A DNA stretch of 59,241 nt, the filler included, from Sphacelaria rigidula (lineage: Eukaryota), in the NCBI GenBank assembly GCA_964200075.2. It is 5 parts of 5 records of this genome, joined end to end, with 100 filler letters (N's around TTAATTAATTAA, not from the genome) between each part and the next. Parts side by side here need not be neighbours in the genome. Positions count along the whole stretch, not along the records: positions 35,609 to 47,375 come from CAXNAA020004528.1; positions 47,476 to 59,241 come from CAXNAA020004529.1; 3 more parts are not named here. One strand, given 5' to 3'. Position numbers and translations under genes: made by a program. Shown here piece by piece: positions 38,470 to 51,630 of this stretch. Position 1 is the stretch's first letter; the number at the start of each line of letters is the position of its first letter. Under the pieces are notes generated by a model. It ran no database searches. It saw only the letters and a program-made list of their open reading frames with translations, and was not told the DNA's origin.

Positions 38470-41400
38470 TTAACTGCTCCTTTTGGGAACATTCCCTCTA
38501 TTCTTATCAACGCCCGCCCGAAATGCGCCACCATGAAGGTTCGAATGCTCAAACGCCAAAACGTGAGACACCTGCGCGGCAAGTTACGGGCAGAACGGTG
38601 GTCAATACTTTGGAGGCGGTGCAAAACAAACCACTCGCTGCTTGGTGAGCCCAGGATCCGAGCCAGGTATAACTCACATGTTGTAATTGGGCCGAATGTA
38701 CGTCAAGTCAGGTTCTTGAGTTGCTCCTCTCGCCATTAAATGTTGTCGAAAAAGACTGCATTGCGCATACAGTACGAACCACACCAGCAAAACGCAGGGT
38801 GCCGTAATACATCTGGGCTAGTAGGATGCATTCAGCACACGTAATACTTCCTCTGTCGCACAAGTAAGTCCGTTATGATCACACGGACCCTTGATCGTGT
38901 CCAATGCCGTAGGCGATATATATATTTTTAATCTCAAGGGGTTTTTTTGGTTGAATCGCGTCATTTTTTTTCTTGTTCGCGCAGCAGCCAACGTGCGCGA
39001 ATGCCCGATAAACGATCGTTCGGCTCGAAAATGGCCATATTTCGCCCCTTTTCCATAACACAGAGAAGAGCCCTGGAAACTCGAAAAACGGCAAAACTCG
39101 CGATAAAAAAAGTGTAACTGGCTCTTTTTCCCCGGTTCATCGCTGGCATACGATAACAGCGCCTAGTCCGAAATCACTCGTTTACATTTCAGTCTTCAAT
39201 TACTTCAAAACAAGCCAAATTCGTCGAAATTCGGCCGACAATGTACAAATTGGCGACAATTGGTCGAAATTTGGCCGTGTTTGACCCAACGATTCTAAGG
39301 TCGTAGGTCTGTTATTTTATTATTGTTTTTTCCGGTGACTATCTCCACAACTACATATTTTCAACGAACCTAGCCAGAACATCGCTAGCACCTCCGTTGG
39401 CGAGATACGGCCTATCCCACAAAACGGACTTTACTCATAGGACAGTGGAAGTATGGCAATTACAGTACTAGATAAGGTGAGAAAGTTTGGATCCTGATGG
39501 CAAATATAATTCATTTCACCTGTGAGTAGTCCTTCACAAAAAGCGCTCGAGATATTGGCCACTTCGCCACCACCGGACATATCGGGGCAAGAATCTGAGG
39601 AACCGTCCAGAGATGCAGAATTACATATGTCACGGCGAGATCGTAAAATTATATATCACAAGTTTCTCATTAGGGTGTGGGTTATGCGGCACAGAAATAT
39701 CCCGATTGGAGCAAGCGAGAAAGTGGAAAAGAGACGGGAAAATAAATCTCACAACTTTGTGAACCGTGGCTATGCACCCAAACACCACATGTCTCATTTT
39801 CCTCGTTCATGGAGCATGCCCCCAGAAGATATGTCCGGAGTGAAGTGTCATGGTAATGTACAGTACAAGCAACGGACTGTGCAAGACTGTGGCAATCCTG
39901 AACAGCCTCACGTCCAACGCAAAGCTCCAACAGCAAACATTTTATACATACACTACGGGCAGCGCACGTAGGAGAATGTTGTACGAAAACGTCTGGCTAC
40001 GGCTACGTAATCATGTAGGACTGGCACACCAAGTCAGCGCCTTCGCTCCGACGAAGTGGCACTGACATGCCACGGGCAGGAACAATTACCGCTCACATTC
40101 GTGTAAACCATATACCACAGTGTGCCGGTGACGCTGCCGACGATGGCTCCTACCGCCACCTGCTTCAGAGTGTGACACTGAAGATACATCCTGCCCGATG
40201 GATACAGGACAAAAGTGTGCTCACGTTTGAAAGAAAAATCCGATCGCCGCCGTCACTCACATGCAATGCTCTGGGTGGCGAAGTGCTTACAAAATTCGAC
40301 ATTCCTGGTGCGAATATCGTTCATCTGCCGACAGTTTTCAGCCTCGAAATCGTGGCGGTTGGAATCATCCACACTATGGACAATATATGATCAATAGTTG
40401 CAATTGAGGTTAAAAACATTACCGCGTGAAGTATAGATCAATTGCAACTATCGTCGGCAGGCCCATACTTTACGCAGTACATTTTTTGTCTCTCGCAACT
40501 ATTGGCCAGGTATTGTCTAGGGTGAGGAATAATCATGCTAATTCAGCGAGATTTTGTAACACCAATATTCCGCTGTACAACGATCTTTTGTAGGTCGCCA
40601 TCGCACTACTTAGAGTATATCAGCCGAGGAAATGGTTACTACCGTAGTGGAATTGTAGGTCGTCGTGTTCAGCACCATGAAGAAATAATATCCAACTCAA
40701 TTGCAACAAGCTTCGCACAGCTAGAGTATGTCGCGTTGCTTAAGGATGACATCATTGTGAATAGCACGCGAAACTATCCCCACAGCCGAAACAACCAAAG
40801 TTTCACACACACCTAGAATATCCAACTATGGCCGCCCACCCGGCGACGGCAGATGTTAGGCCAACCTTTTCCGCCGTGCAGTAGGACACCCTGAAAGAAA
40901 ATGGCGAGGCATGTCAGGGCAGTGGTCGGTACCTGTGAGCACAAGAAGGCGGTAGATCTACCTCACTTTGCATGAAATATGCACACCTTTGAAATTGTGA
41001 GACTCAACTTCGATCAAGGAAAAAAAATTTCGCTCGGCGTATGTAAGCGAGCACTGAAACTAACACTTTTGGGGATCCAGTGTTGCACAAAGTATCTTGC
41101 ATCGCAACGGCTGGATATGTCATGTGTTTTATTTTGTTCACCATCGCACCGGCCCTTTGTGTTGCATATAAGCCGGAGTGCACAGCCAGCAGCTGACCAA
41201 AGGTTACGTACAAGAGTCTTCTTCGGGGGGAAAATACTACATGCCACTTCTCAAAGGCAATGTAGAACTGTTTCGGGGTCCAAACGGCGAGCGATACAGC
41301 ATGTACCACCAAGAGCGATGCAACACTAGACAGCACAGCACAACGTTCAGATTGTTTTTCGTAGAAAACCGAGAATGGCGACCACCGTCGGAGATATGTG

Positions 41401-44400
41401 CGGCATCGGAATAGTACCGAAGCACCGCGGTGGGAAGGGTATCATGACGCACCGTGTTGGGAACGCAGACAAGGCATTAGGCTTGGCTGTCCGCGCTGTA
41501 TTCGCAGACAGTCGAAGAAATCGTGAGACAGGATGGAAGAAAAACACAAGATGCCCGTCTGCACATGTCTCACCGACCCCACAGATACCACATGGCGAAC
41601 GAGGTGAAGAAGAACATGTACTGCGTGTGGTTGGACGGCATTCCGTGTCCCGTGTTCACGCATCCTGTGCGACAGCACATAAGACCGTAGCACACGACGG
41701 CAACACTCGTCTTGTAGTGAAAAACGATGATTTCGTGAATATCAAAGCCAAAAAAATGAATACTACGTGGTGGAAAACTTCGAAAGATGACGCAGTTGGT
41801 CAACAATATTGAATGCATTGTACAGGTGAATCTTCTCTTGCACGCCATATAAATTGATTAGGGGCGACTACATCTCTTCCCGCACGCGCTACACTACTGC
41901 AAAGATGAGGTACGAGTGACAAATGCCGTGACGGGTATGTACCGAAGCCCCACACCGACGTCGTACGCGTTCTGCGTCTCTAACAAACAGGGCACGATGT
42001 CCCTCTGTACGTTGGATGCGACGGGAAAATATAGCGCCAGACCAACCGCGTAGGGGGAGGCGCCCCACATAGCGAGAATCCCTTTATATCCAAGGGCCCA
42101 AGGCGGCAACACAGGGTTCGACCAGAATTGCGCGCCGTAAGGGATTAAACTGTCGCAAAAATACACCACTGGGTACCGATCTATGTGCCACCGGCTGACC
42201 ATTACTCACCCAAAGGTCGAGCTTCAGCAAACCAATTCTTGAGACACTTGTTCACCACAAGGTCGCACAGCTTCGTTCGTCGCGGTAGCCATGACATGCA
42301 ACGCGTTGCAAGACCAAACAAAAAAAGGAACGAAGCACGCGTCGAATGGATGGTGGCTCACACATCGAAAAGGCACGTCACACGTTCAGAAGGCACACGG
42401 TCTCCAAAAGGAAACGCGGCATGTCCGAAGGGCACCATCACACTTGGTGGAACAGCGTCGACTGCGGCAGCACAGTCGAAGTTCTCGAAACGTCGATCTT
42501 GTCCGTAGTAAGCAACACAGGATGTGACCAGCGTGTACAACGCTCCCCTATCTTCTGCACGGCCGGCTGGTGCATTGTGTGGGAGAATAGACTCGACCAG
42601 CAGCGGCGGGGTGCCTCATCATGCCATCAAGGTTCGACTTTGGTGCATAAAAAGAGTCGACCTTCACACCCGCAGCACAGTACGGCACATTGCAGTACTT
42701 CTTGCCAACACTCACGTATACGCCGGTATAGCATGAAAGCTGAGATTCATCTGCACATGAATGTGCCGGCGTTAGAACGTTACACTGTGGCTGATCTCAC
42801 ATGTCCAACGGCGAGAATAAATGTCTGCAGATCCCGTCGAACGGCCACGAGCGTCACGTAGGCCACGGCCAGGTAGCTTTTCCGTATCCGGTTTGCGAAA
42901 AAAAACGACAGCAAAAAGGGGTTACGGCCGTGCGTCCACAGAGCTTCCAACGCAACAGTACTCAGTGGATGTCTGGTGAAATCAGAAATGCAATAACCAT
43001 GCACAGAGCGTATCGTGCCCATGTTAACGCCATGCGCTACTATACCAGTTCATGTTTATGAAACGGAGAGTCCAAGTATCTTGCAGCCTGAACAATTACT
43101 TCACCGTTTACTCCTGCGGAGAAAGTGAGGATCTTCGGATGAGAGCATGCGCCTGTGAAAAGCAAATCACAAGACATTCGCATCACCATAACGACAGGAA
43201 TATCTCCATCTCGCAGTCACGGGACTGACGACCGTATCATCCGAAGCTTGGGTTAGCAAAGGGGGGCAAGGTTGGCATTTGTACGACTGTCAAAATACCA
43301 CTACACTTTGAGTCGAGATCCATAAATCGTGCCCGGCTCAGATGTCAGCTGTTGTGGAGACCTCAAATCATGTTTCAATCAAATGCACGCGACGTATGGA
43401 ACGCGTTCTACTTTATTAGTCTCAGCGGTGGCGGAACAGTGCTACGAGTAGTGTACTCACATGGGAGAGAGCGTAACCAACGCCATGAGCTTGCCAAGCG
43501 GGTCATCCTTGGCATAGCGTGCCACCTGCTACACACACAAAAGACACGTTGATGGAAATTCACGACATGCAAAACCGATCCACTGGAAGGAAACTAATAT
43601 GTGGGTTGTTGTCCAAATTTGAGTGTTTCGCCTTTATTTGACACCCGTGACCAGTGTCAGCAAGACGGCTGCCACTCACCCGCGCTTTGAGACTTGGTAG
43701 GCTTTAGTCGTTACTTCATGCAAGAGGGTTGACTTTATTTGCTTGTGGGGTGAGTTATATAGGTCGTGATGATACGAGTTATATGGTACAGCGGCATGAA
43801 TGCACAACAAAATCACCTCGGGGTCCACTTGAGCATTTGCAACATCATTAGCTTGAAGGAATTCCGACTACTGTATTCATGGGATGTGGCGTCCCATTTA
43901 TCGCTATACCTCATTTTTACCGCGAAGATCTTGCTTGGGGGTCTTCCCTGCGGAGGATCGTTTCTGCACGACCATCGTTGCTTCAACATCAACTCACGAA
44001 TATAAACATGGGCACACAGGGACCCAAAATGATAACTGTGCGTCACAATGAAAGAGTTGAGGCCGCTTCTCATGACCCGAAAGAACTCCCAGAATCATGC
44101 CATTTCGGTCGTTCCTCGTCGTTTTACGACCAAGAGGAAGGCTGAACCGATTTTGACACCCCGGAATTACTTACAACACTCCTTGGGATGGTTGCGGGAC
44201 GACTGTGCTTTTCTCGGTGGCCAAAGAAATGTTTTTGGCCAGACTAGCAATTCCTTGGAAAAATTGTCATTTCGGAGAAACACCGACTTTTTTTGGTAGG
44301 CTTTTGCGCGTCTGGCGTTGTTTGGTGATTAGCGCGAAAAATATTCATATCGCTCCACAGTCAAATTGCGTGCACCGCAAAACGCGAAAGTGTGAGGTGG

Positions 44401-45337
44401 CAGAATCCGCCTAGCCCTCTTGAAGGGCGAAAAAGGTCGCGGAAGGGTCAAACAGACGTTCCTCGAAATATGACTTTTTTCGCATGATGAGGGACGGCCC
44501 GACTTCACTCTTTGGATTTCGCAGTTCGTAAGTTTTAAAAACCTGAGGGGCTGAGTTCGTCGTGACTCGACGTGAATATTCGGGCGCTCCAGCGTTATCT
44601 GCTTCGGATGTACTGTATACTCCGACTCGGTGCAGGATGCTCCACATAGTTGTTCACCACCACAGCCTCGGCGCACTCAAAAGTACGGAGTCAGAATTCC
44701 CAGTGAGCAAGACAACTGCCACGTATGGGTAGATCCAATCGATTCACACCCGTAGAAGCGAAATATACACCTTCTACATCTGTACTACGAAATGAACCTC
44801 TAGACAAATACCGGGTGATGGAATACGACACTCCCGTGACAAGCTTCACAAATTCAAATTCATCGAGAAAGAAGATCTTGCATTCCTGATAGATCCCGGC
44901 TTCTGAAATAACATTCGGCCGCGTAGCCCGAAGGCATGGTCGCCATAGCACATCATAGCGGGGGTGTTGTACACCGTCATAGACGGTACTGCACTGTTGC
45001 CTGTTGCCTCATCGCCGCATGTTTTGAACTGCGTTGGTACTATGTAGTTGACGAGTGGACACGCACTACAGGTAGGATGTAGATAATATTAGATGAACTG
45101 TTCCTCGTGTATAACTCCGGCGGGGGTGGCCGTATGGTGAGAAAACCGAGGTTGAAGCACTTGAAAAACTCATAACAGGGCAGGCGGGTGTTGTACTCTA
45201 TGGCCCAGGTACCTCAGCACATGAACGCTGACACGATGGCCAAAGATATCTCGACCTATTGTCGCTAAAAGAACAAAACAGTAACGCACCGTCAAGCTGA
45301 GGTAGGCGTACTCTTCATCGCAGGGGTCTAGAGCCAT
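38470..45337 (-). CDS. DOLPP1: Dolichyldiphosphatase (PAP2 family, DOLPP1/CWH8-like), 9 exons, 229 aa
   Basis: Exons 45337-45290, 43525-43461, 42876-42801, 42270-42210, 41664-41574, 40890-40813, 40190-40097, 39594-39520 and 38571-38470 total 690 nt, all GT-AG and in phase. Motifs KNWFAEARP (C1), GMPSNH (C2), SRMYLQCHTLKQ (C3), and C-terminal KWPISRALFVKD..VSHVLAFE. Confidence 0.93.
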
Positions 45338-45722
45338 GACCACCGCGAGCTTTCGACAGCTCTACAGGTATAGAGAGCTGAGAACTGCAAATGCTACGCA
45401 CTCTCTATCGTCGTAATGCAAGTGACAATGCTTGGATCCAGGGTAAGGTGGCGTGTTGACAACATTTGACCAGTGCGTTAGTTTCTTGCCAACGCGTTAG
45501 TTTCTTGCCAGACGTTGTCTGCATGCTTTTATGAGTTTCTTTCGTGGACCACAACAGCACAGAGAGACACTCGCAGGAAGTTTGTCAACTTGAAAAGTAC
45601 TCGGGGTAAATCGCAACCGCGGGTCTGAACCAGTTGCTAGCGATAATAAACAGCGTACCACGATACACCTAGGAACAAAGATGTGGCAGTAGTTGCGGCG
45701 TGGTGCAGGAGATAAGTGCGTC

Positions 45723-45845
45723 ATGGGCGCTATTAGCCGAGCTGTGCGGTTGCGTGCGGCGGTTCATATACCAGTCTCATATCGGCGGCTGTCAACGCAA
45801 AACAGTAGAGGGAGGACCATCATTCGAGATCCCCGCAAAGCTAAG
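45723..45845 (+). CDS. Probable first exon of an unidentified, possibly mitochondrion-targeted protein
   Basis: MGAISRAVRLRAAVHIPVSYRRLSTQ... is Arg-rich and acid-free like a presequence. It ends at AAG|GTGAAG and is divergent from DOLPP1. Confidence 0.4.
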
Positions 45846-47274
45846 GTGAAGAAATATGCGCCATATCTGTGCTTTTGTGCTCTATGTTCTGTAGTACATC
45901 GACACAACAGACACCACGACGATACCGTAGACAAAAGGTCAGTGGCGCCATGTATATCTACAAATGACTGCTACGCAGTAGAATTGCGTCCAAACATAGA
46001 TTGAGAAGCATTGGCATGTGCGCACGTTGTGTCGTTCATGAATTGTGCCAGTTGGGCTTCTGGTTCCACTCATGTCAGCAGAATAGAGAGAGCAGTTGAA
46101 CTTCAAGTGTCGAGTCTCAAATCAGTGCAAAGAGAAGTATTGAATGTCCCTTGGACTGGGCATCTGATCCGGACACCTTCCATGTTCACCGTCAAAATAC
46201 CCAGAGTAGGGAGACATTTTTTAAGGCAACCAATCCGTATTTGTACTTGATAAAAGGATTTCAGCCCGTCTACAGGTAATTTTCTCTCGTGGATTGATTT
46301 TTCGGGATCCTCCGTTGGGCAATGTTTTTCGGCCAGCTGCGAGAAACCTGCAGTATACCTGTAGCTTTGGGCGTATATCTATGATTGGCAACCTGACTAT
46401 TTGATTTTGAAATGGATTCTGAGAAAAAATATGATTTGGGGGCAGGTAAGCAGTGATCCAAGCTTGTCCAGAACGTGTTTTTGTCAAGATCGGCGCCTAC
46501 GGCGTCGACTTGAGGTCTGCCAACTCACACTTTGCCTGAGGGAACCCACACCCCCCCCTTGCCCGAGGGTCTCGTACGCCTTGGGTCGGAGTTAGGTTCA
46601 GGGTCAGTGTTATTTTTAGTTTGTTCAAAAAAACCAACGATAGGTTTATGCCCAATGCCACAGATCGCCTCGTGAGAACCAGGTCAATTCTCCAATTCTC
46701 TGGGCGTTCAATTTTGGTTCACCACCTTTCTGCTCAGATGGGGACACTTCCCCGTCTTCCCCCATTTGGACCCCCGGGACTGTCCCGATCTAAGCAGAAA
46801 GGTGGTGAAGCAAAAGTCAACGCCCAGAGAATCGGAGAATTGATCTGGGTTTCTCCCAGCTAGCCGAAAATATTGCCCAACGGACCGGGGTCCGAAAAAT
46901 CAGTCCGCGGGAGGAAATCGCCTGCACACGGGCTGAAATCCTCATATTTGTACAAATACGGACTGGTGATCATAAAAAATGGGCTAAGAAAACGAAAGAA
47001 AAGTGTAATCGGACCCAGAAAATTTCGCACCTTGGGCAATATATAGTCAATAATTGCAATAGGCCTATATTTTACGCAGTACACTTCTTGCCTGTTGCAA
47101 GTTTTGACCATATATTGTCCGAGGTGTGAGAAATTGACAGGCGCGATGTGAAAGAAGAAATGAATGCAAAAAAATGAATGAGAAAAAAATACTGCCAACC
47201 TCAAAAGTTCCGACGCCGCAGGCAACCATTCGGGCTACTGGAGGCAGGGCCCAATGGTCCACATAACACGCGAG

Positions 47275-47375
47275 CAGTGTTGTGAACCGAAAACCGAAAA
47301 TTTGGGTTCCGGTCGGCTTTTCGGTCGGTTTTTGCCAACCGAAACCGGGTTTTTAAATTCGGTTTTTCGGTTGCC
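47275..47375. mobile_element. Terminus of a hAT-like element at contig end
   Basis: CAGTGTTGTG followed by AAACCG/CGGTTT subterminal repeats. Confidence 0.6.
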
Positions 47376-47475
47376 NNNNNNNNNNNNNNNNNNNNNNNNN
47401 NNNNNNNNNNNNNNNNNNNTTAATTAATTAANNNNNNNNNNNNNNNNNNNNNNNNNNNNNNNNNNNNNNNNNNNN

Positions 47476-47546
47476 CGATTTACGTGAAGATTTTGCCTCC
47501 CAAAACTATGTACTTCTTGGGGGGGGGGGCTATCGTAGAAAGTGTC
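47476..47546. mobile_element. Right end of a GACACTT-TIR MITE abutting the Gypsy RNase H
   Basis: GGGGGCTATCGTAGAAAGTGTC is identical to 22378-22399; the RNase H sequence starts immediately after it. Confidence 0.8.
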
Positions 47547-50500
47547 AGGGAATGGATCATCGAATACGCCAGCCACATATGGTCTCGAGCGGATGAAGAA
47601 AGATCAGCATCAGAGAGGGAAGTAGTCGCTGTTCTGTGGTCCGTAGAGCGATTCAGATCATATCTATGGGGGCGAGAGTTTACGCTAATCACGGATTGCA
47701 GTGCGTTGACATGGTTGTTTCGTAGCCAAAACGTGTCGCCTAAGTTCCACCGGTGGGCGCTGAGATTGATGTAGTATGATATGGTCCTCAAGTGGCGAGC
47801 TGGACGCGAACACCAGTTGCCAGGCGCTCTGTCTAGGCTGCAAGGGAGCCAGCCCAGGGGAAGTGACATTGACGTGTCATTCCCTGACGATGATACCGAA
47901 GCGGTACCAGGCGGAAGGGGAGGACCACAAGGACCCAAACTAGATGGGATGTTGCTGAAGGAACTGGAGGCTGAGTACCCGAAAGAATCCGCAGACCTGA
48001 TGGCATTGGCGTTGGAGGAAGTCAGCGCGTGGTATCCACCGGAAACGGGGGAAGGAGTTATCATTGACTCCGAAGACCATATGACCGGACCGGTTGAGCA
48101 ACGACCTCCTGCGTTGATTGTCCATTGTGGAGACGGGGGCAACATCCTTGCCGCGGAGAAGTTCTTGGAGGTACTGGCAGCCACCGATGCAGATTGGAAA
48201 GCGTTGGATTGTGTTAGGGTGAACCAGATTGGAAAGGCAGTCAAGTTGGTACGTACGACTCCGGGGCGCCCTTCTTTCCACAACTTGAAGGAGGAGGTAC
48301 AACCGGAAGCGTTGATAGGAGATACGCGTAGGGTTATCCCCGTTGATAAAGGTGCGGGGGAATCGGAATCCGTAGAAGGTGCCCGAGAATTGGTCGAGTC
48401 GTTCCTCTCCTCAGAGTCAGCGACAACTCTGAACTTGGAGAGTACAGGTTTAAAGGTGCATTCTCCAGGCTGGGAGAAGAGCATGACTCCGCTACTGAGC
48501 GGAGCCGGCTGCTGCGTCGAGCAGGCGTCTGTCTCCGCCGTGCAAATGGGCGCTCCGTATCGGAAGAAACGAACCTATGTGGTCGCTCTGAAGGTGGATC
48601 AGCAAGGAGAAAAACCACTGCACGCGTGGAAACAGCGGGTGGAAGCATATGCTGTTACCTGCCCCCCGCTGGGTCAGCTATTGGGACGGACTGACACCTA
48701 TTTCTTGGAACCGACAGGGCAAGGCAAGGCTATTCACCGGTTCGAGGATCCGTTGCCTATGTTAACTCGTCCTCGGCTGACGAGAGGGAAACCGCGGCGC
48801 GAGGAATTCACACCCCACAAGGCGGATGCAAGGGTATGGGAGGAAGCGGTAGAGTTGGAAAAAGTCGATTTCGTGAAAGTCACAACCACCCTCGACTATT
48901 ACGAGACCCCACCCACGGTAAACCCCGATGCGATGTCAGATATTGTAGCTGATTTCGCTCATCCGTGGATGATGGGGGCGGTGTTATCGAGCTTGGAAGC
49001 GGAAGGCTTGTTGAGTTTGACTCAGACTCGAAGCGAGGACGTAGGCCTAAGTGCGCTCGCAGCGATGTGGCCCCATGAGGATGGGTCGCCAGAAACTTGG
49101 GGAGCCGCAGTAACTCGCTCGTCGGTTTCCGCGGCAGAACATAAGTCGGACCAAGACTATGGTGGGGGGGAGGCTTCAGCTGAGGAGCTGATATCAGGTA
49201 CAGGTAACCCTAGAACCGTTCTCGAACAGGCGAAGGCAATCTTGATGGACAACACGCACCTCGCTTTATCACAAGGACGGGACTCCCGTCTTGGACCCAT
49301 CAAGGATCAATTGAAGGGCAGGCCTAAGGACGAAGGAGTTGGTAAGAGGCGGGATGCGTACGTGCTAGATGAGAATAATCTGTTGTGGTGCACCTCTCCT
49401 AAGGAGCCAGTCAAACTAGCTATCCCACGCAGCGTAGTGCCAGGCCTGCTTGCGCGGGTACACACTATGCACGGGCATACTGGGATAATGAGGACGACTG
49501 CGGTAGTCAACGCACGGTACGAAGGGCCTGATCTTTTTGCCGATACCCGCAAACACGTGTTGTCGTGTGGATGCCGCCGGCGCAAGCGTACCAACAGTCA
49601 CACCTTAGCGATGCGACCCGCACGATTCCTGCGGGCATGGGAAGAGTTAGAGATGGACATATCAGACATGAAGCAAGTATCCGCCTCAGGTAACCGGTAC
49701 TTGCTGGTCATCGTGGATCAAGCAACCAAGTTCCTCTTTGCTTCTCCACTGGCTGCCGAGCTTACGGTGCCCGTCGCGAAATATCTGTTGAAGCTTTTCT
49801 TGACGTTCGGAGTACCCTATTTTCTAAGGAGTAGCGCTGGGGGGGAGTTCACGTCGGAAGTAGTGAACCATTTATGCCGGTGGATGAAGGTGAAGCTGGA
49901 TCATGGTCCGGCAGAGCATCCTCGCGATCAATGCGCGGTGGAACCGTACGGTGGATGGTTGCACGACGTTTTATCCGAGCTCTGTAAGCAATGGCCGGAA
50001 AGGTGGGATGAGTATGTAGACCCCGCTGTGTGGATTCACCGTACTACTCCCGATCCAGCATTGCCTAACAGCCCGACTCCATTAAGCTGCTTTTTGGGCG
50101 CGAGCCACGCACCCCATTAGACACGGTGTCTCCCGAGGCGGAATCTCCACCGTTGAATAACACGGTGGAACAACAACGCCAGAACTTGAAGGAGGTTCAC
50201 GAGCTGTTGACCCAGCGCCACAAGAAAAGGGAGGAAGTACGGTTGGCTCGAAACGCCGAGTTGGCCCGCCAGTCAGCAGGGTCGCGAACTCAGGTAGGGG
50301 ATCTAGTGTTGGTGAAAGAGTCCGACAGCTCCCTCGTACAAGAAAAGTGCCAGCTAAACTAGTGCACGACTTGTGGACGGGGTCATGGAAGATACAGCAA
50401 GTGGTGATCCCCGGTCTCAGCGTTAAGGTCAGTATGCAAGGACGTAAGGTACGGGAACGGACGGTCTCGGCAGCCAATGTGAGGAAATTTCATGTGCGCC

Positions 50501-51057
50501 CTGAACAACTACGGCATCCGTTTCCTGACGAATACTCCCAGTTAGCGTGGGGGGGTGATTTGGGGTTAGCTGAGGAGATCACGACCGTTCCGCAACTGTA
50601 TACATTGACAGATAGGAAAGTGGTGTTAGGATCAGTATCGTCCTGAGAGTGGGCCTATCGGGGGTTGTTTCATGACGGAACCGAGTCTCACTGGCTTTCA
50701 GAGGAGGAAGGTTTAGACAGTTTCACTGGGCTACAGTTGGATGTGTTTCATGCTTTGTGGGAACTACATAACCCGCAAACCAAACCGCGCTCATCCGTTA
50801 ACCCATCTCGAGCTGAAAAAGACTCTTTTGCTCGGGATGAAGCCTTACGACTCATTCCTCGAGGGACCAGAATACATTAACAGTTTGTGGACAGCCAAGG
50901 TGAGCGGTAGGAGTTCAACGGGGAAGTGTTCGACTTCCGTCAGCCGTATTACCATATCAAGTATGAGGATGGGGATTGGGAAGAGATGACGCCGTCGGAG
51001 GTGCGGAAAAATACGGTGAAGGAACAGGGTACCAGAGCCGCTTCAGGATCTAATTAA
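47547..51057 (+). pseudogene. pol: Gypsy pol (disrupted): RNase H - C5-DNA-methyltransferase-like - integrase - chromo-like - Tudor-like
   Basis: RNase H IEYAS..EREVVAVLWSVERFRSYLWGREFTLITDCSAL..RWAL; HHCC HTMHGH..SCGC; rve MDISD..YLLVIVD..FGVP..GGEF; GPY/F-like WTGSWKI. Stop at 47772, frameshifts near 50090 and 50350, stops at 50644, 50878 and 50908. Confidence 0.9.
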
Positions 51058-51242
51058 TGAGGAAAAGGGATTGTTCTGCACGGTGTTTAAATTCCCTACG
51101 TGGTCTAACCCGGCAGAACGATTATCAAGATCGACGGCTACACCCCGACGCTGAGCACTCGGAAGAGTGGCATGGTAACGCGGCGATCCATCGTGTGAAT
51201 CACGTCAGTCCCAGGGTTTTCAATCCTAGGACTGAGGGGGGG

Positions 51243-51630
51243 TGTTACGCATCGCGGCGTGATGCGGTGGAAGGGGGACAGTACAATGATGGGCCGTTGA
51301 TTCGGAACGAAGATACGCGCCTGGAGGGCTTATCGCGGGAACTGGCTAGTACCTGCGGTCAGGGGTGAGGATGTTGAGTAATCCGTCAAGATACGGAGTA
51401 CATAAACATGTGTCTTACATCTGGTTGAATCCGATTCTTTCTAAGAACCGGTGCAATGCTAGGATGCCCTGGTGATCAGAACTTCTCGAGAAGACTCTGG
51501 CCATCAACACCACCAAGGAACAAAGGAAATCGAATCACCTGAAGCTGTGAACAAGGATATCTTGACGATCGACGTATACTGTACTGCGTTGGACTGTCTC
51601 CCCACGTGCTGTAAGCTTACGATTGTTACA
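51243..51630 (+). repeat. 3' LTR (~388 bp)
   Basis: Starts TGTTAC directly after the PPT and ends GTTACA; homologous to 59067 onward. Confidence 0.75.

Larger units (their letters stand above)
47547..51630 (+). mobile_element. 3' half of a Ty3/Gypsy LTR retrotransposon
   Basis: RNase H then integrase order, polypurine tract GAGGGGGGG ending at 51242, then LTR. Confidence 0.95.

Noticed and set aside
47480-48484. 334-aa minus-strand ORF
   Set aside because: Antisense shadow of the Gypsy pol frame, with no independent motif.
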